The notes under the pieces were generated by a model that was given only the letters and a program-made list of their open reading frames with translations, ran no database searches and was not told the DNA's origin. A stretch of DNA of 64,000 nucleotides. Origin: Candidatus Poribacteria bacterium (lineage in GTDB: Bacteria; Poribacteria; WGA-4E; JAJDTR01). The translations under genes were made by a program, and so were the position numbers. The stretch covers positions 1,088,001 to 1,152,000 of the forward strand of contig CBDCTK010000002.1 in NCBI GenBank assembly GCA_965222225.1, in the 5' to 3' direction. Positions 20,409 to 30,739 of the stretch are shown here, piece by piece (the first letter of the stretch is position 1; every line of letters starts with the position of its first letter).

Positions 20409-21395
20409 ATGCGATTTGGAGCAACAGCGGTTCTGATACTTTTCCTAACTGGCGTGCATGTTTGGGGAGAGGGACAAGAATGGACGATTCTGCGACACGA
20501 TGACTTCGTTCGTAACGATGGCGTGGAAGGTATTCTTCAGGACGTGCATTTTGCAAACACTCAGAACGGATGGGCTATTGGTTTAGGGAATCTCGTACTG
20601 CACACCGTGGACGGGGGCAATACGTGGACAAAACTAGAATTCGACTTAGAACGGCCCATCGACTTCTGGAATCTCTATTTCTACGATGAAAAAGTAGGAT
20701 TTATTACGGGGGTTGGGGGCACTATCCTCAAAACTACGGACGGCGGTGCGACGTGGGAGCGTAAGAAATGGGAAGTTGAAGAGGGAGTGAGTGGTCGAAG
20801 ACGCTTGACGGACACATGGCTAGTAGACGGGAAAATGGGATTCATGGTCGGCGAAAACAATACTCTCCTTACAACCACGGACAGCGGTGAAACTTGGAGC
20901 GGCGAAGGGAGAGGAGTCGCGGTAGGTCAAACTCGTAACAATCTCGAACGCATCTTTTTTGGATCGCCTACTCACGGTTGGATTGTTGGCTCATTTGGAA
21001 CGTTGCTCCACACCTCGGATGGCGGCGCAACATGGGAATCGCAGAATCCCGGCACGGACAGTAACCTACACGGAGTACATTTCCTCGATTCAACGACTGG
21101 GTGGATATCGGGACAGGAAGGCTTTATTGCCCATACAACCGATGGCGGTAAGACATGGACACAGCAGGAAACTGATGCATACGACAACTTTTACGATATC
21201 GTCTTTGTCGATGACAGCAAGGGTTGGGCGGTTGGCGACTATGGCGCTGTCGCACACACAAACGATGGCGGCACTACTTGGACGCTTGGAACAGCGGGAC
21301 CTTCAACGACGTTATGGGCAGTCCATGCCGTAGACAAGAATCACTGCTGGGCAGTTGGAGAATGGGGACTCATTGTGGCTTATAAACCACAATGA
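20409..21395 (+). CDS. YCF48/BNR (Asp-box) repeat beta-propeller, secreted
   Basis: Repeated GWxxG..LHTxDGGxTW motifs; signal peptide. Confidence 0.9.
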   Translation: MRFGATAVLILFLTGVHVWGEGQEWTILRHDDFVRNDGVEGILQDVHFANTQNGWAIGLGNLVLHTVDGGNTWTKLEFDLERPIDFWNLYFYDEKVGFITGVGGTILKTTDGGATWERKKWEVEEGVSGRRRLTDTWLVDGKMGFMVGENNTLLTTTDSGETWSGEGRGVAVGQTRNNLERIFFGSPTHGWIVGSFGTLLHTSDGGATWESQNPGTDSNLHGVHFLDSTTGWISGQEGFIAHTTDGGKTWTQQETDAYDNFYDIVFVDDSKGWAVGDYGAVAHTNDGGTTWTLGTAGPSTTLWAVHAVDKNHCWAVGEWGLIVAYKPQ

Positions 21396-21512
21396 GCGCT
21401 AATGCAACGTAGCATCATACTGCCATAACAGATAATCTTACTCCAAATTAATTCTTCTACTTCTACAGCTCTTGACTGTAAACCTACAGCCCTGCGATCT
21501 ACGTGCTATCTA

Positions 21513-22286
21513 TCAGTTCAGAACTGGCGGAGGCGAAGTTTCGAATTGAGCAGCCTTTTGCAATAGATTACCGTCCTCTGCTAATGATGAAAGAAAGAGC
21601 GCAGGGCGTGAGGTATTGTAATCACAGATCAAATCAATCAACAAATCCAACTGACCATCTCTGTCAATGTCTCCTGCCCAAAGCAAGTACGATACAGTCG
21701 CATTCTTCGTGTCGAAAGAGCAAATCACCTGAGAACGGTTGCCCTTAACCAGTTCAACTTTGCGATCGACGCTTCCGGAGTTGGATTTCAGCCCCCCAAA
21801 CGCCGTAATGGAATACGTGATTTCGTTGTCGAGAGTAAACTCCAAGGAACTTTCCAACGGCAACGGGAGTCGACCCGAGAACAGAGTTTTAACCATGCCA
21901 GCCTTTAATGAATCCAAACCTGTTATCAGAAAAAGCGGTGCATTTTGTCCCTGAACTGAGACACGAGTTGCGCCGGTTACGTTCTCGTCATCACCCATCG
22001 CCGGATCATAAAATGCGTCTACACGAACCGTTGAAGGCATCAAGGAATATCCATCTTTCGTAGGATACAAACCCAACCAGACCTCATTCGATTCGGCAGC
22101 GATTTCACAGAAACATTCCCCAACCTGCAAAATCTGAACTTGCGATAGTCCCAATTCTGTTAAGGCAGATTTTTCCCGCGATTCAACTTCCCCCTGTACG
22201 AAATCGACGTTACCAAACATCAATAAATAGGCAATGCCAGCGATAAAAATAGGCATTGTAGTCGTAAATGGTGTGCGAGCTAACAT
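21513..22286 (-). CDS. Secreted hypothetical protein with FG-GAP-like motif
   Basis: Hydrophobic N-terminus; LLWAGDIDRDGQLDLLID; AGGAG RBS. Confidence 0.6.
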   Translation of the reverse strand: MLARTPFTTTMPIFIAGIAYLLMFGNVDFVQGEVESREKSALTELGLSQVQILQVGECFCEIAAESNEVWLGLYPTKDGYSLMPSTVRVDAFYDPAMGDDENVTGATRVSVQGQNAPLFLITGLDSLKAGMVKTLFSGRLPLPLESSLEFTLDNEITYSITAFGGLKSNSGSVDRKVELVKGNRSQVICSFDTKNATVSYLLWAGDIDRDGQLDLLIDLICDYNTSRPALFLSSLAEDGNLLQKAAQFETSPPPVLN

Positions 22287-22638
22287 TTTGAGTTCTCCTT
22301 ATAATTTGAGACTGCACCTGCCAGATGCCCATGCGTTTGCGCAAATTACATGCCAAAACGAATCATTGGCGGAAAATCCGTGAAAACAGTGGGGTTCTCT
22401 AAGAGATAGGGGTATCGGAGGGATGTAGCAGACTTACTGCATACTGGGGGTGGAGTAGATTAGATGTGTTCGCGGTGACACACTGTAGTGTGAGTCACAC
22501 GGGTAGGAAGATTAGTAGGAAAAACGAAGGGCGCTTTACCCCGGTGGAACTCGAGACAGTGTCTTGGCGATCGCAACAGACAGTACCATTCACAATGCCT
22601 AACGATTGTCCATCTTACGTTAGCACCCCCTTGGCAGT

Positions 22639-23385
22639 TTACCATTTCGGGATTTCTCCGAGTAGTAACTTCCGTTCGGGCGATCCTTCCTCGCGAAGTT
22701 TGGTTACCAGAGGCCCATCAAATGGTTCACGCGATTTCATCCTCGCATTCTGATAGCACATCAAGCAAACGCGTCTGCGGTGCGGCGAACTGTTTGCCGC
22801 TCCCCGGTGGTAGAGCCATCCATCAAACAGTACCGCTTGACGTGGTTTAGCCAAGACAACCTTTTGATCCGGAAACACCGGATGTCCCTCCGGTGGCTTG
22901 AAAAGCGCACGGTGGCTACCGGGAACAATCACAATGGGGCCATTTTCCATCGTCAATTCATCAAGAAAATATCCACAGTTGATTTGGCCCGGCAAACTCC
23001 CATACGGTGTGTTATCTGGGTCCATTGGCCATGGACCATCGCGGTGCCAATTCTGATCCGGCTGATTTGGATGGGTTACGCGTGCGGTAGCGCTGTGCAA
23101 TTGTACACAGTTGCCCAAGATTGCTTTCATCCGCTCCATGACCGGCGGATTGTCAATCAAAAAACTAAACCTGTCGTCCTGCTCCAACAGCTGATGGGTA
23201 AACTCCGAATTGAGCCGATTGAATGTTTCATCAAGGGTGACTCGAAGAATCGTCACCTGCTCATCGGTCAAGGCATTTTCAACAACCAAATATCCCCATT
23301 TCAAGAAGAAATTTACCTCAAGCTGGAGTTCAATTGAGAGGTCAGGGTTTAGGCGAGTCGGCACAACCGGAGTATCGGCGGGCAT
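22639..23385 (-). CDS. Phytanoyl-CoA dioxygenase (PhyH) family Fe(II)/2OG oxygenase
   Basis: GYLVVENAL, WHRD, ENGPIVIVPGSH and LYHRG..N.S..RR motifs. Confidence 0.9.
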   Translation of the reverse strand: MPADTPVVPTRLNPDLSIELQLEVNFFLKWGYLVVENALTDEQVTILRVTLDETFNRLNSEFTHQLLEQDDRFSFLIDNPPVMERMKAILGNCVQLHSATARVTHPNQPDQNWHRDGPWPMDPDNTPYGSLPGQINCGYFLDELTMENGPIVIVPGSHRALFKPPEGHPVFPDQKVVLAKPRQAVLFDGWLYHRGAANSSPHRRRVCLMCYQNARMKSREPFDGPLVTKLREEGSPERKLLLGEIPKW

Positions 23386-23449
23386 TGCAATCTCCTATCA
23401 ATTCTGAGCCGGCACGTTTGCATTTGGGACTGCGCTAGTGCTCGCGAAC

Positions 23450-24208
23450 TTAGGAAGGTTCCTGAATTTCTAACGTAACGAGGTTGGATTTCAACGTAAC
23501 AATCCCGCGGACGGAATCCAATGGAAGGTAAATTTCATCCAGTTCCTCTGCTTGAATTTCCAAGGCATTAATTGCGCCCTTTAAACCGGCAGTATGTTTC
23601 TCTCTCGTATGTGCGGCGATTTTAGATTTTGCTTCGACCCTTGCAACTCGCTGTTGTGCATCATGAATTAGTATCGATTCAAGGGGCAACGTTTCTCTGT
23701 AGATGCTCAGGTCTAGTGCAATCTGCAGAGTGTAAACGCCGGGTACTAACGCGTAATAATTTTGAATATCCTCAATGACAACCATTTGCCCGGTCCCGGA
23801 AAACAATCTCGCTCCCTTAACGCAATCGACTTTCTTTCCATCGCGCACTAATTTTCTCATTTCGCTTTCGTAAGCAATCTGCCTCTTGGGATCAACAACT
23901 GTTCCGTTTTCGTCCGTGATAACTAGCGTGGGAAGTAACCCTTCACTCTCAACGGTTGCATGAGAAACGAGAAGGTCGAATCCGCCGGTCTCAATGGATA
24001 CTTCAACAGGAATTGAATCATCAAAACGATATGTCGCCTGTGGGGATGATACATGAAGGCGAGCGACAAAAGACTCTTCTACAGGTACAGGCGGCATGGA
24101 GGGTGTCTGGACAGGAGTCTCTTCAGGCCCTACCAATAATGGTGAGGTGAGGCATCCAATAGCGTAACAACTACAAACCAGAAGAATAGTTGGCACAAGA
24201 TTTTTCAA
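23450..24208 (-). CDS. Hypothetical lipoprotein
   Basis: Lipobox YAIGC; AGGAGG RBS; 252-aa ORF. Confidence 0.6.
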   Translation of the reverse strand: MKNLVPTILLVCSCYAIGCLTSPLLVGPEETPVQTPSMPPVPVEESFVARLHVSSPQATYRFDDSIPVEVSIETGGFDLLVSHATVESEGLLPTLVITDENGTVVDPKRQIAYESEMRKLVRDGKKVDCVKGARLFSGTGQMVVIEDIQNYYALVPGVYTLQIALDLSIYRETLPLESILIHDAQQRVARVEAKSKIAAHTREKHTAGLKGAINALEIQAEELDEIYLPLDSVRGIVTLKSNLVTLEIQEPS

Positions 24209-24639
24209 ATTATCCTCCTAATTAGTGCGCAAGCTGTGGCCGGATTCAAGGTTAAATCTGCCCAATTTGAGCTGCACGGACATGCACCTACAATGTCACT
24301 ACAATCCTATCAATAGGACGCTTTAGGTTACTTATTTTGTCGGAAGGGATAGTATCACGCCCATCCTTTTGTGTCAAGTAGAACTGCACGTTATCACAGG
24401 TCAATCGCGCCTGAATCAAGGAAATTTTCAATCATCAAACGGTTGGCAAACTTGATTGGTCAATTGTTGTCTGTTTTCACTATCGGGCGAGTTACAACCC
24501 AAGGCGGTTAACGACACAGCACGTGCCCGGGCAAACCCATCTTCACAACAATTGCAGAGCATTCCTTGGAAACCCAAACCATTGGCGAACGGTATTTACG
24601 GACTCCAACATCGTCCAATCCAATCAACGAACTAGCTAC

Positions 24640-26288
24640 TAATCGCCTATTTCGACATCCCACAAATAGATGCCGTTAGATGCCGTCGTCATAGCCGCCG
24701 CTGGCAAGTAGACTGCCATCCGGCGAAAAGGCGACAGATTGAACGCCTCTAGTATGCCCGGAAAGTTCAGCGATATGTCGTCCCATATCCGCACTACAGA
24801 TTTGAATTATCGGCTCGGGACTTGTACCTCCAATCGCAAGTCGGGTGCTGTCGGACGAGAAGGCAAGGGATTCAACCTCCACTGTATTGAGCATCTTGAT
24901 GGATTTCCACGTCTTTGTACACCATATGTTGACCTGATTCCCCAAAAGCGGTTGCGACGCGACTGCCATCCGGTGAGAACGCAATCTCTGTAACTTTCTG
25001 TTGATGTCCAAGAGTGGCAATATTTTTTCCAGTTTTTACCTCTCAGACCTTGGCGGTTGTATCGGACTGGCTATCATTAGCCGCATAAAAACGGATTGAG
25101 CCATCGCTATCTCCACGGAACGCGTAAGTACCGCCACCTAGTGTGCCCCAATCTTCACCCTCCTGATATTCCCATTTGTATGCCCCGTTACTTACCAGAA
25201 GTCGTCCATCGGGCGAAAAGGCAAGTGCATGAATTTCTCCCGTATGTCCAGTTAGGACGCGAATCGGCTTTTCAGTTTCTAAACTCCATAGTGTGATTGA
25301 CCTGTTCCAACCACCGGTTGCCAGAAACTCTTCATCCGGCGATACCGCGGCGGAGACAACTGTCGTCTCATGGCTGAAACTAGCCGTTGTTTCTCCATTC
25401 CACAACGTCACAAGGTCGCTCCCCGTACTGTCATCCGTAGAGCCAAATGTGGAACTAATTACAAGGTAGCTTCCTTCAGATGAAACCTTCAGGGTTCGCC
25501 CTCGGAATAGAGAAACAGTTCCACCGTGCCCCGTAACCGTTTCAAAAGCTCGGAACTTAGTGCCGTTTTTAATGTCCCACACCCTCAGTGAATTGTCGCC
25601 ATTCAGACCTGCTAGGTATTTTCCATCGGGCGAAAAAGTGACGAGCCAGCCGCGGCTATCTTGTCGATGCTTCATCAGTCTGATATTCATAACTGTAGGT
25701 CCTCCTGATTCGCTAATTCGTGTTGTTGTTGGAGGAACGATTACGCCGGTGCGCAGATGTTGTAATCGGTTGGTGAGCCTCCGTTTCGAACGCGAAAGCC
25801 GAAACGAAATCGCCTTGTATGACAACCCATGTGTATGGATGAGTTCGTCGTAGCTCGCACCTTCAAGATAGTACGCCAAGGCAATTTTTCGATCTTTCTC
25901 GGGCAAAACCTTCATTGCCTGGCTAATCAACTCAATACTGTTCGTTACGTATCAACCGCCTGCCCGGTGATTCCGATGTCCGTAGAGTGTCCGCACTCAC
26001 TTCGTCAATCGGTACTGTATCTACTCTCTGTTTACGCAGCCAATTTCGCGCGCAATTTCGAGCAATCTTTGCAAGCCAGCTCTTGAATTTGGTAGGGTCT
26101 TCAAGCCGAGGTAAACCCCGATAGGCGTTGATGAAGGCTTCTTGCACAAAATCTTCCGCATCATGCGAATTGTTCACGATTCCAACGACAATCGCGTAAA
26201 CGAAGGCATGATAAGCGCGCATTAGGTCTACGTACGTTTGCTCGTCAGCAGATTGTGCACGAAAAATAAGTACATTGTCCTCAACCAC
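24640..26288 (-). pseudogene. ECF sigma factor fused to WD40 repeats, pseudogene
   Basis: Sigma2 (DAEDFVQEAF, FKSWL) and sigma4 regions; WD40 FSPDG repeats; +1 frameshift near 25937, TGG>TGA at 25043-25045, frameshift near 24945, 10-bp duplication at 24667-24686. Confidence 0.85.
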
Positions 26289-26809
26289 AGCTATCCTGTC
26301 CTCCCCTTCATCCCATCAGGACACCGTTCCTAGAATTTTTCTAGCACTTTTCTACGGATTTTTATGCGCCAAGTGAATGTCGCATTACCCTCCTTTGTCA
26401 TTTCATTGGAGAAATCACAAGCCGAGTATGGACCGCCGCGGAGAACTTGAAACTTGAGGCATTTTAACAACCATCTCGCGAGTTGAAAACAAAAGAGGCG
26501 AATGGATTGAACCATTCGCCTCTTTTTGTCTTTTGTCGAATAAAATTGAAAACGAGTCTAACGTGGTGACATCATCTATACGATGCTCCCTTATCTCTAC
26601 GCAATCAACAGAGTTCCTCCGATGACCCTGCTCTTGCGATGTCTATCTCTGGAATCTTCAGCGGCGGGCCCCCTAGCGGAAAGTAGAATCTAGAGCCAAA
26701 ATCCTGAGGCACCAGAATAAATTCCAAACCGTAACTGGGGCGACGCTACGGGGTCTTTGGATTGAAAACCCACTGTCGCAGCCCTGAAAGACGTTGTCGG
26801 TCAAAAGGA

Positions 26810-27379
26810 TTATTGCCCTAATAAAACAGCACGAGGCAGGTGAAATTTCATTGATTTCCCGTCTATCAATAACGTTACACTCCTGCGTTCTATGCGTTCA
26901 ACCTTGACGCCATTGAACACATCCCCAATCCCAACATAATGCGTGCGACCACCCTTATTCCATCGAAGAAGTGCCCTGTTGTTCCCATGTTCACGATCAA
27001 TAACAGTGGCGATGAGTTGATACGGCGGGGGAGTACTGGGTTTCCTATATCCAAGAGACCGAAATAGATTATTGGTGATGATAACTTGATAGAAATCATC
27101 TCGCGTTCCTGCTGATTTTCCCGGCTCCACGCCACCCAAAACTCGAAGTCGCCCCAACCATCTCCGGCGAAGATCGCTGTCGTTTTTCAAGTCCGTGATG
27201 GTCACACCCTCTTTCCGAAGTAAGTCCATCACCTTGGGGGGCAGCTTAAACTCGCTGTATTCGTAAATTTGCGCCGGTTGTTGAGTCCCATCATTGCCCG
27301 CATCAATTCGGGAAACTCCAATTTCAAGGATGGTTATTATGGAAACGACACTAAGTATTTTAAGCATTTGGGTTCGCAT
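26810..27379 (-). CDS. Hypothetical protein with GspC/PilP-like C-terminal domain (start uncertain)
   Basis: PYQLIATVI..RALL..YVGIGDVFNGVKVERIERRSVTL pattern; N-terminal hydrophobic segment. Confidence 0.55.
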   Translation of the reverse strand: MRTQMLKILSVVSIITILEIGVSRIDAGNDGTQQPAQIYEYSEFKLPPKVMDLLRKEGVTITDLKNDSDLRRRWLGRLRVLGGVEPGKSAGTRDDFYQVIITNNLFRSLGYRKPSTPPPYQLIATVIDREHGNNRALLRWNKGGRTHYVGIGDVFNGVKVERIERRSVTLLIDGKSMKFHLPRAVLLGQ

Positions 27380-27577
27380 CCCCGGGTTTGCCGCTCTTTT
27401 TCTGGGGTTGCTTGAATAGCCCGAGCGTTTATTCGCTGTGACTCCCACTCCATGGAATTCGGATAGGATTGCGAGCTAATCCAATGTCTCACTCTCGTAA
27501 ATTCGCCAAACACCACCTTCTTTTCGCATTTTGTAGAGTTCGTTGGGTGCGCGTACCTCTGAGATAACTATTCCTGG

Positions 27578-28621
27578 TAGGAGTTACGCAGTTGAGTGAA
27601 AATAGGTTATAATTTGAGTATGAATCCCCCTAAATATACTGACACTGACTATATTGATTTCTTGGTAGCCGCTCAGAAAAGTTACAGTTGTCTTGAATCG
27701 GAAAAAGTTCAACCCCAAGCTGATAATCCTCCGGCTCACGATTCGATAACACGGCTCTTGCATCGAGAGGAACCCGATACTGGCAAACTGTGGCAAGAAT
27801 CGAGAAATCAGGTGAAATTAGAATCCGGAATTTTAGTTATAGATGACTCGACTCTGGATAAACCTTATTCACAAAAGATTGAACTCGTGACAAAACACTG
27901 GTCAGGGAAACACCACCGAGTTGTGAATGGGATTAACTTGGTCACTTTGCTCTGGACGGATGGCGATAGACATATTCCGTGTGATTATCGAATCTATGAT
28001 AAAGCCAAAGACGGCTTGACGAAGAATGAGCATTTCCGCGCCATGCTTGAAGAAGCGAAAACACGCGGTTTTGCTCCTGAATGTGTGTGTTTTGATAGTT
28101 GGTATGCCAGTCTAAAGAATCTAAAAGCGGTGCGAGGTCATGGTTGGAAGTGGCTTACTCGTCTAGCTGCCAACCGACTTGTCAGTAAAGATTATTCCGG
28201 TAACCGTCCGGTGAGTACGCTTCCGAGTGAATCAACAGGTACAATTGTCCATCTCAAAGGCTATGGATTGATTCGAGTATTTAAGGTTGACACTCCAGAA
28301 GGTGACATTGAATATTGGGCAACGAATGATTTACAGATGGACGAATTGACGCGTCTCAAATATGCCGAATGGTCTTGGACAATAGAAGAATATCATCGCG
28401 GGATTAAGCAATTTGTTGGCATTGAACGCGCACAAGTGCGCTCTGCTCGCACTCAAAGAAATCATATCGGTTTAGCGCTGAGAGCCTTTCTGAGAATTGA
28501 GCACTATTGCTATCATACCGGTATCAGTTGGTTTGATGCAAAACTCTCTATTGTCAGAGATGCGGTACGGGCTTATTTGGCACAACCTCTTTATACGCTT
28601 CAGCCAACTGCGTAACTCCTA
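27578..28621 (+). mobile_element. IS701-family insertion sequence, 1044 bp
   Basis: Perfect 17-bp TIRs TAGGAGTTACGCAGTTG / CAACTGCGTAACTCCTA; 5-bp TSD CCTGG at 27573-27577 and 28622-28626. Confidence 0.93.
27620..28615 (+). CDS. IS701-family DDE transposase (intact ORF)
   Basis: LVIDDSTLDKPY, FDSWYAS and WTIEEYHRGIKQ motifs. Confidence 0.92.
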   Translation: MNPPKYTDTDYIDFLVAAQKSYSCLESEKVQPQADNPPAHDSITRLLHREEPDTGKLWQESRNQVKLESGILVIDDSTLDKPYSQKIELVTKHWSGKHHRVVNGINLVTLLWTDGDRHIPCDYRIYDKAKDGLTKNEHFRAMLEEAKTRGFAPECVCFDSWYASLKNLKAVRGHGWKWLTRLAANRLVSKDYSGNRPVSTLPSESTGTIVHLKGYGLIRVFKVDTPEGDIEYWATNDLQMDELTRLKYAEWSWTIEEYHRGIKQFVGIERAQVRSARTQRNHIGLALRAFLRIEHYCYHTGISWFDAKLSIVRDAVRAYLAQPLYTLQPTA

Positions 28622-30291
28622 CCTGGAATCTTAATTTCGGGCGGCGGACCTCCTAATTCAAAATGGAATTCGTCACCAACATATTCGCTGTTCACAACTC
28701 TTACGCGGCTGAGAAACTCAATCATCATCTGCTCAACCATCTGACGCGCCTCAGTCGGTAAATCTTTGGTCTCTTCTGGGGTCATGAGCGGGAACCCCTT
28801 TGCCGCAGCCTTGTTCATCCCTTCTTTGGCCGAGCCAGTCATTAGCAAGCTCATTCCCTCAAAGTCAAGATTCTTAAACGCCTCCACATAAGCATCCATC
28901 ACCTCTTCGGCAGATTGCTCCATATCCTCACCGCCTTCGCCGAAGAAATCGGTGTTGATTGTAACATGTTCGTCTGCATCTTGCTGAATTTCGGTCCCTG
29001 CAAGTTCTGCAGTATTTGATTGCGCATCGTCTGCCTCGAGTTGAGCGAAGAAGTCCTCAATCTGATCCATTTCCTCTGCGGAATATTGTTGTTCATCTGC
29101 ACGCGAAGGCGCCGTGACTACATTCCTACGAGTGGTGTCATTTTCCGGGACCAATAGCTCGGGTTTTTTGGCTGTTGACGCCGTGACTTCAGTGGATGGT
29201 GATGAATCTCCTTCTGGTGATAGTAGTTGGCGCAAACCGATGAAGACAAGTGCAATGATTACTATTACCCCGACAGTGATTTTGGGAGCCGTTCCGATTT
29301 TCATGGCTGTGAGTCCTCCTGACGAAATCTTTTTGAGTGTTGTTGCCGTAGGAACGAATACCCCACTGAGCAGATGTCTCAAACGTTTCCTGAGCGTCCG
29401 CTTTGCGCGGGACAAGCGAAACGAGATTGCCTTATATGACAACCCGTGCGTGCGAATGAGTTCGTTGTAGCTCGCGCCATCAAGATAGTACGCCCTAGCA
29501 ATTTCTCTATCTTTCTGCGACAACGTCTCCATTGCGCGGCGAATTAACTCTATCTGCTCGTCGCGTATCAAATGTGCGTCGGCCGAGTCGGATGTCTCAA
29601 GTGTGTGTGCTCCCACTTCATCAATCGGCACGGTTTCCAGTCTATGTTTTCGCAGTCGGTCTCGTGCACAATTGCGGGCAATCTCGGCAAACCACCCGTT
29701 AAAACTGGCTGTATCCTTGAGCTGAGGCAAACCGTGGTAGGCATTAATGAAAGCATCTTGCACTACTTCCTCGACATCGCCCAGATCGTCCAACACTCCG
29801 CTAACGATTGCGTCAACAAAAGTATGATAACTCTTGACGAGGTCGGTGAATGCCTGTTCATCCCCTGCCTGTGCGCGTGAAATGAGTACGTCATCCTTAG
29901 CCATGACCGTGAGTTTCTCCTCCGTGCGTTAAATAAGACGTTGTCGCACGTCTTTTTTCTAGCACTTTTTTCGCCGTTTCACGTGATAGAAGGGAAATTT
30001 TAGGTTCCTGCTGTATTCCTACTCGACAAAACTTCCTACTTCCGAGATGAATATTCAAAGAATGAGCGGTCTAAGTCTGGTGTAAAGGTTTCCATCTCTC
30101 TTAAATATTGCTATGACCATGTTAAAACTGCCATGTCTTTTTTGAAGAAAATGTACTGGTCTACGAGATGGTTTTCACTGTTTCCTGTTCCTAACGACAG
30201 AACGCTGACGCAACCGCCTTACAGAGATGACGGTCACATGAACCGATCCGGACCATCAAATCGAAGTTAGAATCGGACCCAGTTTGCGAAA

Positions 30292-30589
30292 AAAGCCCCA
30301 GCGGGGATCAAACGAACGATCAACTGAGTGGATAACGAAGGCGATAGAAGATCTCATAGTGAGTGCGATAGCAATCCCATAGGTATGTAGCAGCCAACAA
30401 TGAAAACATGAAAACACTTTCTACAAATGACCAAAAATGGCTTTGCCACCGATTATTCAAACAGGTTCTTAATGACCGCAAAACACGCGAAGAAATTTTC
30501 CAAAGCTACCTATAAACCTTTCGCCCCTCTGGGGGCTTTATTACATTGCTGCTTTTGCGGCTATACACCTATCGCGCCGCTGGCGCTTT
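30292..30589. repeat. REP-like repeat cluster: one copy plus two inverted copies
   Basis: AAAGCCCCAGCGGG[insert]CCATAGGTATGTAGC versus CTATAAACCTTTCGCCCCTCTGGGGGCTTT and GCTATACACCTATCGCGCCGCTGGCGCTTT. Confidence 0.6.
30306..30376 (+). repeat. Two nested 35/36-bp GATC-ended units
   Basis: Inner 36-bp unit at 30318-30353; outer 35-bp unit at 30306-30317 + 30354-30376. Confidence 0.85.
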
Positions 30590-30739
30590 GGCGTGTACGG
30601 ACGCGGTTACCCTATCTAGAACTCGAGTTTTCAAAAAAAGTGAAGGTTCCAGCTGCGATTTGGCGTTGGAATATCTTCGCTGGAGTGCAAGGGCGAAAAA
30701 CTGCAAGTGTCTACTATCTATCTGACGAATACAATTCAT

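Larger units (their letters stand above)
27476..29904 (-). pseudogene. ECF sigma factor with TM helix and C-terminal NTF2-like domain, interrupted by IS701
   Basis: Sigma2/sigma4 motifs; TM ITVGVIVIIALVFIGL; removing the IS restores ..EIKIPGIVISEVRAPNELYKMRKEGGVWRIYESETLD*. Confidence 0.85.

Noticed and set aside
13953-25045. Stop-codon reassignment suggested by in-frame TGA at 13953 and 25043
   Set aside because: One fits CGA>TGA and the other TGG>TGA; the WD40 gene also has frameshifts, and intact genes end normally in TGA and TAG
27940-27975. GCGATAG inside the IS701 transposase as another 35-bp unit
   Set aside because: No GATCAA at the expected distance and no RATC end; normal coding sequence (WTDGDRH)
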